A stretch of DNA of 32,000 nucleotides from Candidatus Aenigmatarchaeota archaeon (lineage in GTDB: Archaea > Aenigmatarchaeota > Aenigmatarchaeia > Aenigmatarchaeales > JACQIB01). A program made the translations under genes and the position numbers. Where the stretch lies: NCBI GenBank assembly GCA_016198755.1, contig JACQIB010000001.1:1-32000 (forward strand), in the 5' to 3' direction. Positions 1-10,470 of this stretch are shown here, piece by piece (within the stretch, counting starts at the first letter, position 1; each line of letters starts with the position of its first letter). The notes under the pieces were generated by a model. It saw nothing but the letters and a program-made list of their open reading frames with translations. It made no database searches and was not told where the DNA came from.

Positions 1-72
1 GCAGCCGCAACCACAACTACAGCAGCTGTAACAACTACAACTGCAGCCGCAACAACAACTACAGCAAGATAA
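1..72 (+). CDS. C-terminal end of a Thr/Ala-rich (AAATTTAAVTTTTAAATTTTAR*) protein, truncated by window start
   Basis: Frame 1 is open from base 1 to taa at 70-72; low-complexity Thr/Ala tail like the linker of the lipoprotein at 21413-22573. Confidence 0.6.
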   Translation, partial: AAATTTTAAVTTTTAAATTTTAR

Positions 73-150
73 ACACAAAATTTATTGGGGCGGTTTCGCC
101 CCAATTTTCTCTTTTTTAACATGAATGCGCAAACGTATCCAGATTTCAGT

Positions 151-163
151 AGGATTTAAATAG
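151..163 (+). promoter_or_regulatory. Archaeal TATA-like promoter (atttaaatagctt)
   Basis: Near-identical (a/g)tttaaata(c/g)ctt boxes also occur at about 12423 and 27303 upstream of gene starts or presumed transcripts. Confidence 0.45.
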
Positions 164-191
164 CTTTGCAAACAAAGGGATTTGGTTGAAT

Positions 192-818
192 ATGAACTAT
201 AAAATTTTAGCTTTGGTTGTACTTGCTATATTGGTAGCAGGCTGTGTAATCCAGCCTCCAACAGGGGCTGTAACAAAGCCATTTGAGTATGATTTTGCAG
301 GCAAAACTTTCCATTTCCGCGGTAATCTTTTCGAGGCAGAGAAAATTCAGGTAGAGCCAAATGACAGGGCTTTAATAAATGCCCTCTTAGACCCGAATGC
401 ACAGTCTATATCATTTTATTTTATCCCAAACAGCACTGAAAACGGTTTTTATCAGGTTGCAGCTTATGAACTCTCTTACAAGCTAACAATAATAAACCAA
501 TATTATCTCGGAAAAACAATTCCAATACACACTTTCTATCTTGATAGCGCTGATGAGACAATACCAAATGGTCCAACCCAGCCTGCAATAGCTTTTGTAG
601 GCCCTTCAAATGCTGAAAAAACTTCTGTAAGAGTAAACAATAATCTTGTTGTTTTGGAGGGCGTGGATTTTTCAGAGAACGGAAGACAGTATACTGATCT
701 TGATTTGGCTGTTGCTAAAATGCTCCTTGTTCTAATGAAGGCAGAGCAAACACTTAGCCAGAATTCAACTGATACAACTAGCACTTCACAAACCCTTCCA
801 ACTCTCCCAGCGTCTTAA
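192..818 (+). CDS. Putative lipoprotein, unknown function
   Basis: ORF with signal peptide and lipobox (MNYKILALVVLAILVAGC). Confidence 0.75.
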   Translation: MNYKILALVVLAILVAGCVIQPPTGAVTKPFEYDFAGKTFHFRGNLFEAEKIQVEPNDRALINALLDPNAQSISFYFIPNSTENGFYQVAAYELSYKLTIINQYYLGKTIPIHTFYLDSADETIPNGPTQPAIAFVGPSNAEKTSVRVNNNLVVLEGVDFSENGRQYTDLDLAVAKMLLVLMKAEQTLSQNSTDTTSTSQTLPTLPAS

Positions 819-1431
819 CTCCAGTTAAAATATCCTTTTCGTTCACAAGAATAGAGGGCGTTGATTTAATCCCATAAGTGTCTTTTATTTGGTTTACTGA
901 AACTATATCCAGATCTGTTGGCAACGGTATAAGCATTATTTTATTTCCGCACTTGTTCTTTAACTCTGATAAAACCGTGCTCTGCAGCCTCTGGTCCACA
1001 GCAGAGCTTTCATTATACTGAGAATAAAAATATACAACAGTGCTGTATGTTGCATTGCATGCCCTTTTCAGCTGCACAGAATTAAGCCAAAATTGCATTT
1101 GTAACAGTGCATACCTTCTTTTTTCCTCCAAAAGCTGCGGTGTAAATTTGTTTACAGATTCAAACCTCTCTATTTCCAAACCCTGTTTATAGACTTTATC
1201 AGAAAACTGCAAATTTCCCCCAATAAGGCTGTTGCATGAGTCATCTCCAGCCAAAGCAGTCTGGAAAAAAAGATTTTGCAAGCGTGCATCATTCCATTCT
1301 ATATCTATGCCAGTTATTTTTCCCCTTGTCTCCTCCAGCCTCTGGTCATCTATCCAAATCCCTACAAACAAGCCAGCCACAAAAACAGCTACAGATATTA
1401 TAGCAGTAAGGTAAAACACAGACTTGTCCAC
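778..1431 (-). CDS. Membrane-anchored thioredoxin-fold-like protein
   Basis: N-terminal TM helix; C-terminal 'IKDTYGIKSTPSILVNEKDILTGVKTLGELEGFVKC' resembles the end of a thioredoxin/DsbA fold. Converges with and overlaps the 192-818 ORF. Confidence 0.55.
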   Translation of the reverse strand: MDKSVFYLTAIISVAVFVAGLFVGIWIDDQRLEETRGKITGIDIEWNDARLQNLFFQTALAGDDSCNSLIGGNLQFSDKVYKQGLEIERFESVNKFTPQLLEEKRRYALLQMQFWLNSVQLKRACNATYSTVVYFYSQYNESSAVDQRLQSTVLSELKNKCGNKIMLIPLPTDLDIVSVNQIKDTYGIKSTPSILVNEKDILTGVKTLGELEGFVKC

Positions 1432-2673
1432 TTACCACCAGCCTCCCTTCCCACGCACATACTTGATTGTTGAAAAAACAAGATTGAACGGGAACAGTGT
1501 TATGTATACAGTCAAATACAGAGCCAAGTCTATCAATCCTTTCCATCCTCCCAATCCCCTCTTAACAACCCCCAAACTTATCTTTATCCATATCAGTGAG
1601 AGGGCAAATGTAAGGAACCCGAAAATGCTGAAAATGTTAGGAAGGAAAAAGAAGCTTGTATCCCAGTATGGGCTAATGCCTTTTGAAACAGCAAACAAAT
1701 TAACTATTATATTATTGTAAACCCCGTTCAGGAAAACATAAGCATAAACACCAGCTCCTATAATAGAGAAAATATATGATAAAACAAAGAACGGGTAAAT
1801 GAAAGATCCAAGGCTCCCATACTTTGTGCTAAACCCAACAGATTTGTATTTTATTGAGGTTTGTATACCGCCCAAATTCCACCTGACTCTCTGTTTCCAC
1901 CACTTTCCAAAACTTGTTGGAGCACTGCTTTCAACCTCAGATCCAAGGCTCATTTTTATCTTATACCCAGCTTTCAAAATCCTCCAGGCTATTTCTATAT
2001 CCTCTGTGAAGTTTTTCTCATCAAACCCGCCAATTTCTTTCAGAACACTTGCTTTGTAAAGGCTTAGTGGTCCTGGAGTAACATAAACTCCATCCACAAG
2101 CTCCAAAAGCTTCCTTGCCCAGACAATCATCATATACTCTATAGCTTGCAGCCTTTCTATCAGTTTCTTTGGTTCCCTGACAAAGACAGATGAGGTTACT
2201 GCAGCAACTCCAGGATACCTGAAATACTGTACAGCCTTTATCAGTGCATCAGGCTTTGGATAAGAATCTGCATCCACACACCCCACAATCTCCCCTTTAG
2301 CTGCTCTAATGCCCTGATTAAGTGGTATAGCTTTCCTACCCCCGTTCACTGTCCTTTTAATCAGGTTTATTCCTGTAAATTTTCCAGCTATCTCCGCTGT
2401 TTTATCTTTCGAACCATCATCCACAACAATAATTTCCAACTTTCCCTTTGGATACTGCAAATTCTTAACAGCTTCTATTGTTCCCCCAATAGATTTTTCC
2501 TCATTGTAAGCAGGTATTATAAGGCTTACAGATGGAAGCAGGCTAAAATCCCCTATTTCATTCCTGAAACTTCCCCTTTGTTTTATATACAGTACAAAGA
2601 ACAGAAAGCCGAAAAATATGCTTAAAGCTGAGAAAACAAGGTATGTTATATCTATAACAGGGTTCAGTACCAT
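1432..2673 (-). CDS. Family 2 glycosyltransferase, membrane-associated
   Basis: SLIIPAYNEEKSIGGTIEAV, VVDDGSKDKTAEI, DADSYPKPDAL, EDIEIAWRILKAG, QRVRW motifs plus C-terminal TM helices. Confidence 0.93.
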   Translation of the reverse strand: MVLNPVIDITYLVFSALSIFFGFLFFVLYIKQRGSFRNEIGDFSLLPSVSLIIPAYNEEKSIGGTIEAVKNLQYPKGKLEIIVVDDGSKDKTAEIAGKFTGINLIKRTVNGGRKAIPLNQGIRAAKGEIVGCVDADSYPKPDALIKAVQYFRYPGVAAVTSSVFVREPKKLIERLQAIEYMMIVWARKLLELVDGVYVTPGPLSLYKASVLKEIGGFDEKNFTEDIEIAWRILKAGYKIKMSLGSEVESSAPTSFGKWWKQRVRWNLGGIQTSIKYKSVGFSTKYGSLGSFIYPFFVLSYIFSIIGAGVYAYVFLNGVYNNIIVNLFAVSKGISPYWDTSFFFLPNIFSIFGFLTFALSLIWIKISLGVVKRGLGGWKGLIDLALYLTVYITLFPFNLVFSTIKYVRGKGGWW

Positions 2674-2703
2674 TCCAATCTCCCCATAGTTTACCCCCTG
2701 CTT

Positions 2704-3852
2704 TTAAATACCTTTTGACTCTGCGGCTTTCATTATCTCTCTAAGAACAACAGTTGCATAGCTGCCTGCTGGCAGCTCAAACTTTATTTTTACCTTTGAT
2801 TTATCTTTGTTCATCTCATCCTCCCCAATAACCCATTCAATCCTGGGTTTTATCAAAATAGCCCTCTCAAACCCTGTGCAGCGCAGCTCTGAAATACCCC
2901 TCGGGGCAAAACTCTCTGCTTTCAGCCCAAGTCCTTTCAACTGCTTTGCTATCTCCTCTTCCAGAGGGTTTGTTGTATCCAAATCAGTTCCATATCCAGG
3001 TAGCGAAGCTTTTCCTTCAATTAAAACCCCTTTTTTCCAGCACTTTTCCAGAGATCTGTTCCAAATAATGCTCTGCACAGCATTTATAAGCATTTTCAAA
3101 ACTCTGAAAGGCAGTCTTCTCAAACAGCCAACAAAATCCTTCGGGTGCTGTGCCAAATAATCTAGCATACTCCTTTCGTAAACAAACTCAGGCGGAAACA
3201 TTCCAAGAGCTTCCCTGTAAGCTTCCTGCTTTCCCCAGTTTTTCCAGACCCAGTCCCTTGCTTTTTTTGCCTCTTCCATTTCCCCATCGAAAACCTTTGC
3301 AATATACATTTTTGCAGCCTGCTCAAACTTCCCTTTAAGTATTGCGAGCCCAGCTTCAGCAGTTACAGCGCGCACTGTACCGAAACGTTGCTCCCCGAAA
3401 ACATTAGGTATACCCATATCCAGTTCTCTTGCAACAACTCTCAGTCTGCTTTCAATCTCCTTTTCTCTCAGCCCTATTTCCCTTATTGTAATCTCAAACT
3501 TGTTTCCTTTCAGGTTTCCAAGCCTTATCCTTCCCCCCTCTTCAATCCCCCATATCCTTATTCCAGGAACTTCTATTTTTTCAACCTGTTCTTTAGAAAT
3601 CCCAAAAACAGAAATTCTTTGTTTTGTTACAGCTCTTTTATCTTTTGTTCCGGCAACTCCAATCCTGCTTGCAGAACAATGGAGAGCTTTTGCTATAGCT
3701 CTCAGGGCTAGGTTATTATCCCAGTTTCTCTTCTCTATCCAGAACTGAATATTCCCCTCCCCCTGAACTTCCTTAGGTATTTCTTCCACTACAAAATCCT
3801 CTACCAGTTCCCTTATCCTCCCCCCAACCCCCTCCCCCATCGTAAAGAACAT
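2704..3852 (-). CDS. truD: tRNA pseudouridine(13) synthase TruD
   Basis: EDFVVEEIP, GTKDKRAVTKQ, LGNLKGNKFEITIRE, NVFGEQRFG motifs. Confidence 0.93.
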   Translation of the reverse strand: MFFTMGEGVGGRIRELVEDFVVEEIPKEVQGEGNIQFWIEKRNWDNNLALRAIAKALHCSASRIGVAGTKDKRAVTKQRISVFGISKEQVEKIEVPGIRIWGIEEGGRIRLGNLKGNKFEITIREIGLREKEIESRLRVVARELDMGIPNVFGEQRFGTVRAVTAEAGLAILKGKFEQAAKMYIAKVFDGEMEEAKKARDWVWKNWGKQEAYREALGMFPPEFVYERSMLDYLAQHPKDFVGCLRRLPFRVLKMLINAVQSIIWNRSLEKCWKKGVLIEGKASLPGYGTDLDTTNPLEEEIAKQLKGLGLKAESFAPRGISELRCTGFERAILIKPRIEWVIGEDEMNKDKSKVKIKFELPAGSYATVVLREIMKAAESKGI

Positions 3853-3883
3853 GGGAAGGTTTGATTAGCAGAAGATATAAGTA

Positions 3884-6800
3884 TTAGTTTAGAACAGTGT
3901 TTCTTACTTTTTGAGAATCATTTACAAGATCGTTCCTTGCTTTGTCTACAAATTCCTTTATTTCATCTAGTTTTTTCTTGAAGTTATCATAATCTACTCT
4001 ATTTTTCCCACCCTTTAACAAGTTTGAAAACCCGCCCACCAACCCATCAGTTCTGCCTCTTAAAAACTCTTCCATATTTTCCAAGTTCCCCCCATATTTA
4101 CTCCACATATCAAGTATTTGCTGCTGCGCATCCAAACTGTCCCCAAGCTCGCTTTCCCTCTGCTTCAAATAACGTTTTACCTCCTCCGGTGCATCAGGTG
4201 CAGCAGCAAGTTTTCTTAGCTCATTTACAGTTCTCAGTGCCTCCCCTGCATCATTAGCTTTCACAATAAGCCTGTCAAAATCTTCCATTAGCGTTGGATG
4301 TTCTTCCATAAATTTCTGTACTCTAGTTCCATCAGAAAATACACTTATTCCCCATCCAAAGGTTTCAAAAGCTGCATACCACCCCATAGAAACTCCAAAT
4401 GCCTTTAAACCAGCCGGATTAATTTTCCCTCCAGGAAGCTTTATTTTTCCATACTTTTCTATCCGGTTTTTATATATTCTATGTACAGCAACATCCTTTC
4501 CTATATCCAATGATGTCTCTCTGGCAAAATCTCCGGCAGCTTCACCCAAATTTTTCCTACCACTGTTATAGTCTTCAAGAGCTTTATTATAGCTACCAAG
4601 TATGTCAACTCCAGGCAAGACGGCTTTGTTCAGAACCAGTTTTGCAATGGTTCCAATACTCAAATGTTCAGTCATTTTTTCTACTGTCCAATCAGCACCT
4701 TTCTTAACAATCTTCTTCCCAAGTTCGTTATCTACATTTTTATTGGTGCCCTCTTTGTATGGCATCTTTTGCCCAAAGAAGTCATTCGTCAAACCTTGCT
4801 CAACATCTCTACGATTTATCTTTAATACATCAGATATAATATGGTTTATCCAATTAGAGAGCAACCTGGTGGTATCCAACAAAATGTTGCCCGTTACAAA
4901 TGCTTTCTCGGGCCTCGGATCCACGTAATCCCTTTCCAGTGTTAGTGTCCCATCAGAAAACTCCCTTAGCTCAAGATTAACATCACCATAATTTCCTCTA
5001 TATATTTTTACTGTTCCATGATCAGGTAGCCCCCACATAGTAGGCTGGAAGTCAACGACCTTGAAAATATCCCTTCCTACAACAATTGGCTTGCTGTATG
5101 GCAGAGTTGGAATAAGGTTTGCCAATTTTTCTGTGTTTGCACTAGCAAGGCTTTGCATTGCAGTCTGGTCTGCAACATTGTAGAAGCTCTCTTCTCCAGC
5201 ATCGTTTTTTTGCAGTCTGTAAACATTTCCATTATAAACAATATTCTTCGATTCCCCCCGTTTCATTCCTCTAAATTCTTTGGAAAGAATATCTCCGAGA
5301 CCTCCGCTGAAAGTAGTAATTCCAGACTTAACAGTTGAGCCTATAACAGCATTTTTCATTTCCGTTTCTCTAATCATTTGCAGCTCTTTTTTAATCCTTT
5401 CTTCATTTTCCTGTGCAAATTTATTTGCATAGTTATCCCCGTACTTTTGTTTTATATTGAAGTAATATCCGCCAGGCAGCCACTCAGAAATATACCTTAC
5501 AGAGCTTACATTTCCAAACCCAGCTAGATACCTGCCTGCAACATTCCTCCTTATAGCATTGTTATCCGCACTTGGTGTTATTGAATCTTTTTCAGTTGGA
5601 AATATCTGCACAACTCTTTGTTTAAGTTCAGATAGCTTTGTTTCGAATCCTCTTATTGTCTGTTTTGTAAAAGCAACAGCCGTTCCAATTACGAGAAGGC
5701 CAATTAACGAAACAGCAAGCGCAGTTTCTGTATTATTATCATCATTTTCTCCCCGTCCACCATTTCCGGTTTCAATAGAGAATGGATATGATATATTTGA
5801 TGTATTATCTTCCGAAGATTTAATTAAAACAATAGGAACTTTTATTGTAGCGCGTAATGCATAATCCTTTCCAATAACTTCATTTCTAACTGAAACATCT
5901 CCACCAGCGCTTCCTGAAATAAATGTTTCTGATTGTTTTTCAGTATATCTCAATTCACCAATCTGATTAGAATCATGTACATCCATACAAACCCAGAACC
6001 TATTACCAACAGCAACAGGATATTTTAGTTTGAAAATTCTTTCATCCCCATTTGCTATTGTTGCATTTACAAAACTATCATAATAAAGCAGTGTTCCCAT
6101 CCTATATGCATTATCTGCATACACAAACAGGTTTGTCTGTCGCATAGTTTCCGGAGTAAAGCCAAGAGTACTAACTTCTGTTAATTCTGCTTTTTTTTCA
6201 TTTGTTTCGAATGCTTTACAAAGTTCAATATATCTGTTATCAGGTATAACTCTATTAAGTTTAGAACTGCTGTCAGAATTTTCTGTCTGAAGCTTGATAT
6301 TTTCATAAACAATGTCTTTATTCGGAATAACTTTAATTTCCGAACTATAGACTGCAACTCTTGCATCTATTGCAAAGCTGCCTTGCACATCATTATCAGT
6401 TTTTGTTTGTCCGCCTTCAGGATAGTAATACACACTACTAGAACCACCATTTCTATAGTATGCAAAATATGTTTCTTCTTTGGAGTCTGGTGCACTTAAG
6501 CAGACCCAGAAGTTTCCAGCCACAGGAACTGGAGTTTTAAAGTTAACAATTTCCCCATGTAGATCACCAGTTATAGAATAATTTGAATAGTCTGTACCAA
6601 TAACATTTCCAGGAACTCCACCATTATCAAGCCTAACTGTCCCTTTCAATATTTTGCTGTTAATATCTCCTCCATTAAAACCAGCAGCCCTTATCTGTGT
6701 AACAGCGGCATTTTTATCATTAATACCAACAATATTGCACAGTTCTACTCCGTTTTTAAGTGTACTGCTTGTTTTTTCATCAATATATCCCCAGAATTCC

Positions 6801-8575
6801 CTCAGATTCTTTTCCTTTATAATAGTCCCAGTGAAATTCAGGCTTTCATGAGGTACAGGAATACCCCCAAACCTTGCAAAAATAGCAGTATTGACAGGAT
6901 TTATATATTCATATAATAGTCTTGTTACAGGATTGAAAAAATAATCTGGAAGCCCATTTGAAACTCCTATATTTGTGTCGCGCGTGTAGTATGGTGTGTT
7001 CGTACATATCCAAATTCTATTGTCAGCTAAAATAGGTTCAGGTAAAATAAATGACTCATTATGGTATGATCCTATTTCAATGTCCTTGAAAAGTCTTGAT
7101 AAAAGAATTCCGGGCTTGTTTTTGTTATCATCATAAATCTTTATCTGCACGGTTCTTTTTGCACTTCTCCCGTCAAAACCAGAAACAATAACTTCTTTTA
7201 GTTCAGCTCCATTAAACGGCGGATTCAAAGGTTTGCATAATTCTTTTGGAGCTGTTGTAACATAACCGCCCGAAGCAGAATAACTGCTACTATTAGGCAA
7301 AATCACTTCAGTGTATCCAACAGGCTTATAATCAGCAACAGCAGCAGGATTTGTAATAACATCTGTCCTTATTGCATACTTTCTGGTATAGTGTGCACGG
7401 GTTAAACTCTCGTCTCTATGATTATAATAGTAAGCAAATTCTCCACTTTCGCTAAATGCGAGAAATCCCTGATTTGCATTCTCCACACCGTTGCCCAAGC
7501 AAGCCCAGAACTTCTCAGGCAAATCTACTCTATTCAGTATTATTGTTTCTTCATGAACACCATTTGTTGAAATATATTTTGTCCCTTTTGCAAGCAGAGT
7601 TCCAATTTTCCCAGAGTTATCAGAATAAACTGCGGCACTTATTTTAGATGTTCCTTGATTAAAACCAACACCAGTTACGCCATAAAGCTTGGAATTTGGA
7701 GCTGCGTTTGTAAAAAGTTTGCATACTTCCATGTCAGTAGTACTGGGAATTATGTTATCTGTCAGCATATTAGGAACAATTTCAACATTATCTGTTTTGA
7801 GTGATGTTCTATAACCATCCTTATTATTGTCAGCTGTAATAAAATCATATTCACAAAAATTATCAACCGGATTAAATGTTGGTTTTATACAGTTGTACCC
7901 GCCTCCGCAATCGCTGTCAACACCGCAGTTCAGAACCATGTAAGGTTTTGTTTTTCCGGTGTTTGTATCATTGTATTTTGGAGTAAAACTAGCCCAGCCA
8001 TGTGCAAACCATTGATGTCCACCTACATTTTGTAATGACATATCAAAATAACCAAAAATCGGGGGAGTTCTTATTTCAGCTTGAGGATTACTGTACGTTT
8101 TTTCCACAAAACTATTCTCTGTCTCAGATCTGCAAAACCCTTGTGAAAGCATTCTTGTATTTGTTGTGTTATCAACACAACCATAAGAAAATCCATTATT
8201 CCAGTTCTCATCAAATGCTATTATATCAAAACTAGAAACATGGAAAGATTGGCCAAGTATATTTGTAGCACCATTTACAGTTGCAGTAAACCATGTAGTA
8301 AAGTTTTCGCCAGTAAGCAGGTAAGCTTCTACAGTACCATCACCATCCACATCTGCGTAATGCCAGTCATTTGCACAACTAATTCCCAGCCCAGAAGAGA
8401 AAGGATCATAATCAGTTGGAGCCTGTTTTGTTCCCTCAGAAGGAGTCCAATACATGGAATTATGCGATTCCCCATTGTTATAGAAATCAATGCATATTGG
8501 CTTTACTGCTGCAGCTGGTAGAGCTAGAAAAAGGGAAGTCAATATTAAACCCAGCAAAATATGGCGTGCGTACAT
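3884..8575 (-). CDS. Giant secreted/membrane-anchored protein (1563 aa): signal peptide, repeated extracellular domains, one TM helix, about 590-aa C-terminal region
   Basis: Single long ORF; signal peptide MYARHILLGLILTSLFLALPAAA; TM ALAVSLIGLLVIGTAVAF near aa 953-970. Confidence 0.85.
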   Translation of the reverse strand: MYARHILLGLILTSLFLALPAAAVKPICIDFYNNGESHNSMYWTPSEGTKQAPTDYDPFSSGLGISCANDWHYADVDGDGTVEAYLLTGENFTTWFTATVNGATNILGQSFHVSSFDIIAFDENWNNGFSYGCVDNTTNTRMLSQGFCRSETENSFVEKTYSNPQAEIRTPPIFGYFDMSLQNVGGHQWFAHGWASFTPKYNDTNTGKTKPYMVLNCGVDSDCGGGYNCIKPTFNPVDNFCEYDFITADNNKDGYRTSLKTDNVEIVPNMLTDNIIPSTTDMEVCKLFTNAAPNSKLYGVTGVGFNQGTSKISAAVYSDNSGKIGTLLAKGTKYISTNGVHEETIILNRVDLPEKFWACLGNGVENANQGFLAFSESGEFAYYYNHRDESLTRAHYTRKYAIRTDVITNPAAVADYKPVGYTEVILPNSSSYSASGGYVTTAPKELCKPLNPPFNGAELKEVIVSGFDGRSAKRTVQIKIYDDNKNKPGILLSRLFKDIEIGSYHNESFILPEPILADNRIWICTNTPYYTRDTNIGVSNGLPDYFFNPVTRLLYEYINPVNTAIFARFGGIPVPHESLNFTGTIIKEKNLREFWGYIDEKTSSTLKNGVELCNIVGINDKNAAVTQIRAAGFNGGDINSKILKGTVRLDNGGVPGNVIGTDYSNYSITGDLHGEIVNFKTPVPVAGNFWVCLSAPDSKEETYFAYYRNGGSSSVYYYPEGGQTKTDNDVQGSFAIDARVAVYSSEIKVIPNKDIVYENIKLQTENSDSSSKLNRVIPDNRYIELCKAFETNEKKAELTEVSTLGFTPETMRQTNLFVYADNAYRMGTLLYYDSFVNATIANGDERIFKLKYPVAVGNRFWVCMDVHDSNQIGELRYTEKQSETFISGSAGGDVSVRNEVIGKDYALRATIKVPIVLIKSSEDNTSNISYPFSIETGNGGRGENDDNNTETALAVSLIGLLVIGTAVAFTKQTIRGFETKLSELKQRVVQIFPTEKDSITPSADNNAIRRNVAGRYLAGFGNVSSVRYISEWLPGGYYFNIKQKYGDNYANKFAQENEERIKKELQMIRETEMKNAVIGSTVKSGITTFSGGLGDILSKEFRGMKRGESKNIVYNGNVYRLQKNDAGEESFYNVADQTAMQSLASANTEKLANLIPTLPYSKPIVVGRDIFKVVDFQPTMWGLPDHGTVKIYRGNYGDVNLELREFSDGTLTLERDYVDPRPEKAFVTGNILLDTTRLLSNWINHIISDVLKINRRDVEQGLTNDFFGQKMPYKEGTNKNVDNELGKKIVKKGADWTVEKMTEHLSIGTIAKLVLNKAVLPGVDILGSYNKALEDYNSGRKNLGEAAGDFARETSLDIGKDVAVHRIYKNRIEKYGKIKLPGGKINPAGLKAFGVSMGWYAAFETFGWGISVFSDGTRVQKFMEEHPTLMEDFDRLIVKANDAGEALRTVNELRKLAAAPDAPEEVKRYLKQRESELGDSLDAQQQILDMWSKYGGNLENMEEFLRGRTDGLVGGFSNLLKGGKNRVDYDNFKKKLDEIKEFVDKARNDLVNDSQKVRNTVLN

Positions 8576-8627
8576 ACGATAGTATAGTAGAATAAGAATA
8601 AAAACTCTCCTTTTCCCTATACGATAA

Positions 8628-9449
8628 TTACAAACTGACAGTCAGAATATCTCTAACACCAAGGGCAAGGCCTAAAATAAAGATAACAATTTTCAGGAAA
8701 TCTCTAAACTTCTCCTCACCTGGCTTTGTGTATTTGTCTAACAGGTACAGAACCAGTCCAATAACAACCAGCTTTATCGGGAACATCATCCATGGCATAT
8801 CTGGCAGCTGGACTATAGGAACAGAACAGTACCTGCCAGTCAAAAGCCCTGTGAGTGGGTGTTGTTCACAGTATGTTTTGAAGAAACTGAGAACAGTAAA
8901 AGTTGCTGAAGCATCTACCATATGGGCGCTCATAATACCCCAGTTTACTTTGCTCAGCAGCTTTGGTTTTAACAGGCTGAAAGCCCAGAGAACAAGTGCC
9001 CAGAATAGAACCAACCCCAAACCAAAAGCAAACACTGGCAGGTTTGTTATTTTTGTAAGCAACAAATTGTAAATCAGTGGAATTAATCCCAATCCAAACA
9101 AAACTTTCCAGTAAGGTATTTTGAACTTTCTTTCTATCACCACAGCCAAAAGCAAAGAGCCTAGGGCAAGTGCAAAAATAAAAAAGTAAATTGGAGGGGA
9201 GCAGAACAATTGACCAGTATACAGCCCATGGTCGCGAAGAGCGCGAGTCCAGCCCCCGTAAATAATAAAGGGAATAAGCCCGATAAACAGGTATTTGTTA
9301 ACTTCTATTTTCAGTTTTCCCAACAGTTTATAAACTCCCCAGACTGCTATTGCAAGCAAAAGTCCATAAGTCAGGCTTCCAATAGGAGTATAATAACTGC
9401 AGAGAGGTCCAAGATAATAGGTTTGAATGAACTCTTCTATTCCCACCAT
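8628..9449 (-). CDS. DUF63-family multi-pass membrane protein
   Basis: Hydrophobic ORF with an archaeal DUF63-like pattern (GLIPFIIYGGWTRALRDHGLYTG, GHMVDASATF-like 'GIMSAHMVDASATFTVL'). Confidence 0.75.
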   Translation of the reverse strand: MVGIEEFIQTYYLGPLCSYYTPIGSLTYGLLLAIAVWGVYKLLGKLKIEVNKYLFIGLIPFIIYGGWTRALRDHGLYTGQLFCSPPIYFFIFALALGSLLLAVVIERKFKIPYWKVLFGLGLIPLIYNLLLTKITNLPVFAFGLGLVLFWALVLWAFSLLKPKLLSKVNWGIMSAHMVDASATFTVLSFFKTYCEQHPLTGLLTGRYCSVPIVQLPDMPWMMFPIKLVVIGLVLYLLDKYTKPGEEKFRDFLKIVIFILGLALGVRDILTVSL

Positions 9450-9458
9450 TTTCTAACC

Positions 9459-9794
9459 TCAATAAAGTTTTAATTTTCCTGTTAGTTTGTCTATTAACTT
9501 TTCATCAGCAGGCCCAATACCTAAAGCAGTTGCTGTGCCAGGTTCTAACTGTGTTAAGCCAGCATCCTCTATAAGGGTTGCAGGTAGTTTAGCTTTCTTT
9601 GCTTCCTTAAACAGTTCTCTCAGCTCCTGCTCAGAGGAAACCTTCAAAACAACTTTTTTCATCCCCTCTGAAAGCCACTCATCCTTTTCAGAAGCCTTGA
9701 GGAAAGCTGCAACTGAAGCGTGCGCAGACTGAGCCGAGGCTTTCCCAGCGCCCATTTTCAGGTCCTTTCTAAGTACAATTGCTTGTTTTAGCAT
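9459..9794 (-). CDS. pth2: Peptidyl-tRNA hydrolase, Pth2 type
   Basis: KQAIVLRKDLKMGAGKASAQSAHASVAAF ... LIEDAGLTQLEPGTATALGIGP. Confidence 0.95.
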   Translation of the reverse strand: MLKQAIVLRKDLKMGAGKASAQSAHASVAAFLKASEKDEWLSEGMKKVVLKVSSEQELRELFKEAKKAKLPATLIEDAGLTQLEPGTATALGIGPADEKLIDKLTGKLKLY

Positions 9795-9855
9795 AAACCA
9801 AACTATCTGGGGAAGAATAAAAACCTTTAATTACTTGAAACATTTAAATTCATTT

Positions 9856-10470
9856 ATGCCGCGCATACCGTTTTTCAACTTAGCAAATCAGATAAGCCTG
9901 TTCAGGATAGCCCTCGTTCTTGCAATTTCTTACATTCTTTTCATAGATAGCATTTCCTTTCCTTTTCTTTCAATAAAGAGGCTTCGTGTTTTAGCCTTCT
10001 TTTTGGCTATTTTGGCTATAGTTTTGGATTATGTGGATGGTTTCATAGCAAGGAGAGATAATGTTGGAACAAAAGTAGGCGGAGTCATGGATGTGCTGGC
10101 AGACAGGATTGTGGAGAATATCTTCTGGATTTCTTTTGCTATACTCGGATTGGTACATCCGGCAATACCTATATTAATACTGATTAGGGGGCTGAGCACA
10201 GATGCTCTCCGTTCCTTTGCTTATGCGCGCGGTGCAACGACTTTTGGTATGATGAACTCTTTCTGGGGAAAACTTTTGGTTTCAAGCAGGATAAGCAGGG
10301 GAATTTCAGGCGGATCAAAGCTGATAACATTCCCATTAGTAATTTTCCAGTATGCGTTCCAGCTTTCTTACATGACAGATATTGTAACAGGTTTTGTTCT
10401 TTTCACAGCAGCCTTTACAATACTGCGCGGAATACTGGTTATTTATGACAGCCGCAGACTTTTCCTTTAA
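9856..10470 (+). CDS. CDP-alcohol phosphatidyltransferase family protein
   Basis: Signature DYVDGFIARRDNVGTKVGGVMDVLADR. ORF track starts at 9835; the ATG at 9856 (MPRIPFFN) is also plausible. Confidence 0.85.
   Translation: MPRIPFFNLANQISLFRIALVLAISYILFIDSISFPFLSIKRLRVLAFFLAILAIVLDYVDGFIARRDNVGTKVGGVMDVLADRIVENIFWISFAILGLVHPAIPILILIRGLSTDALRSFAYARGATTFGMMNSFWGKLLVSSRISRGISGGSKLITFPLVIFQYAFQLSYMTDIVTGFVLFTAAFTILRGILVIYDSRRLFL

Noticed and set aside
3884-8575. Plus-strand ORFs inside the giant gene (for example 4602-4928, 5559-5864, 8240-8521)
   Set aside because: Antisense shadows of a continuous 1563-aa frame with signal peptide and coherent repeats.
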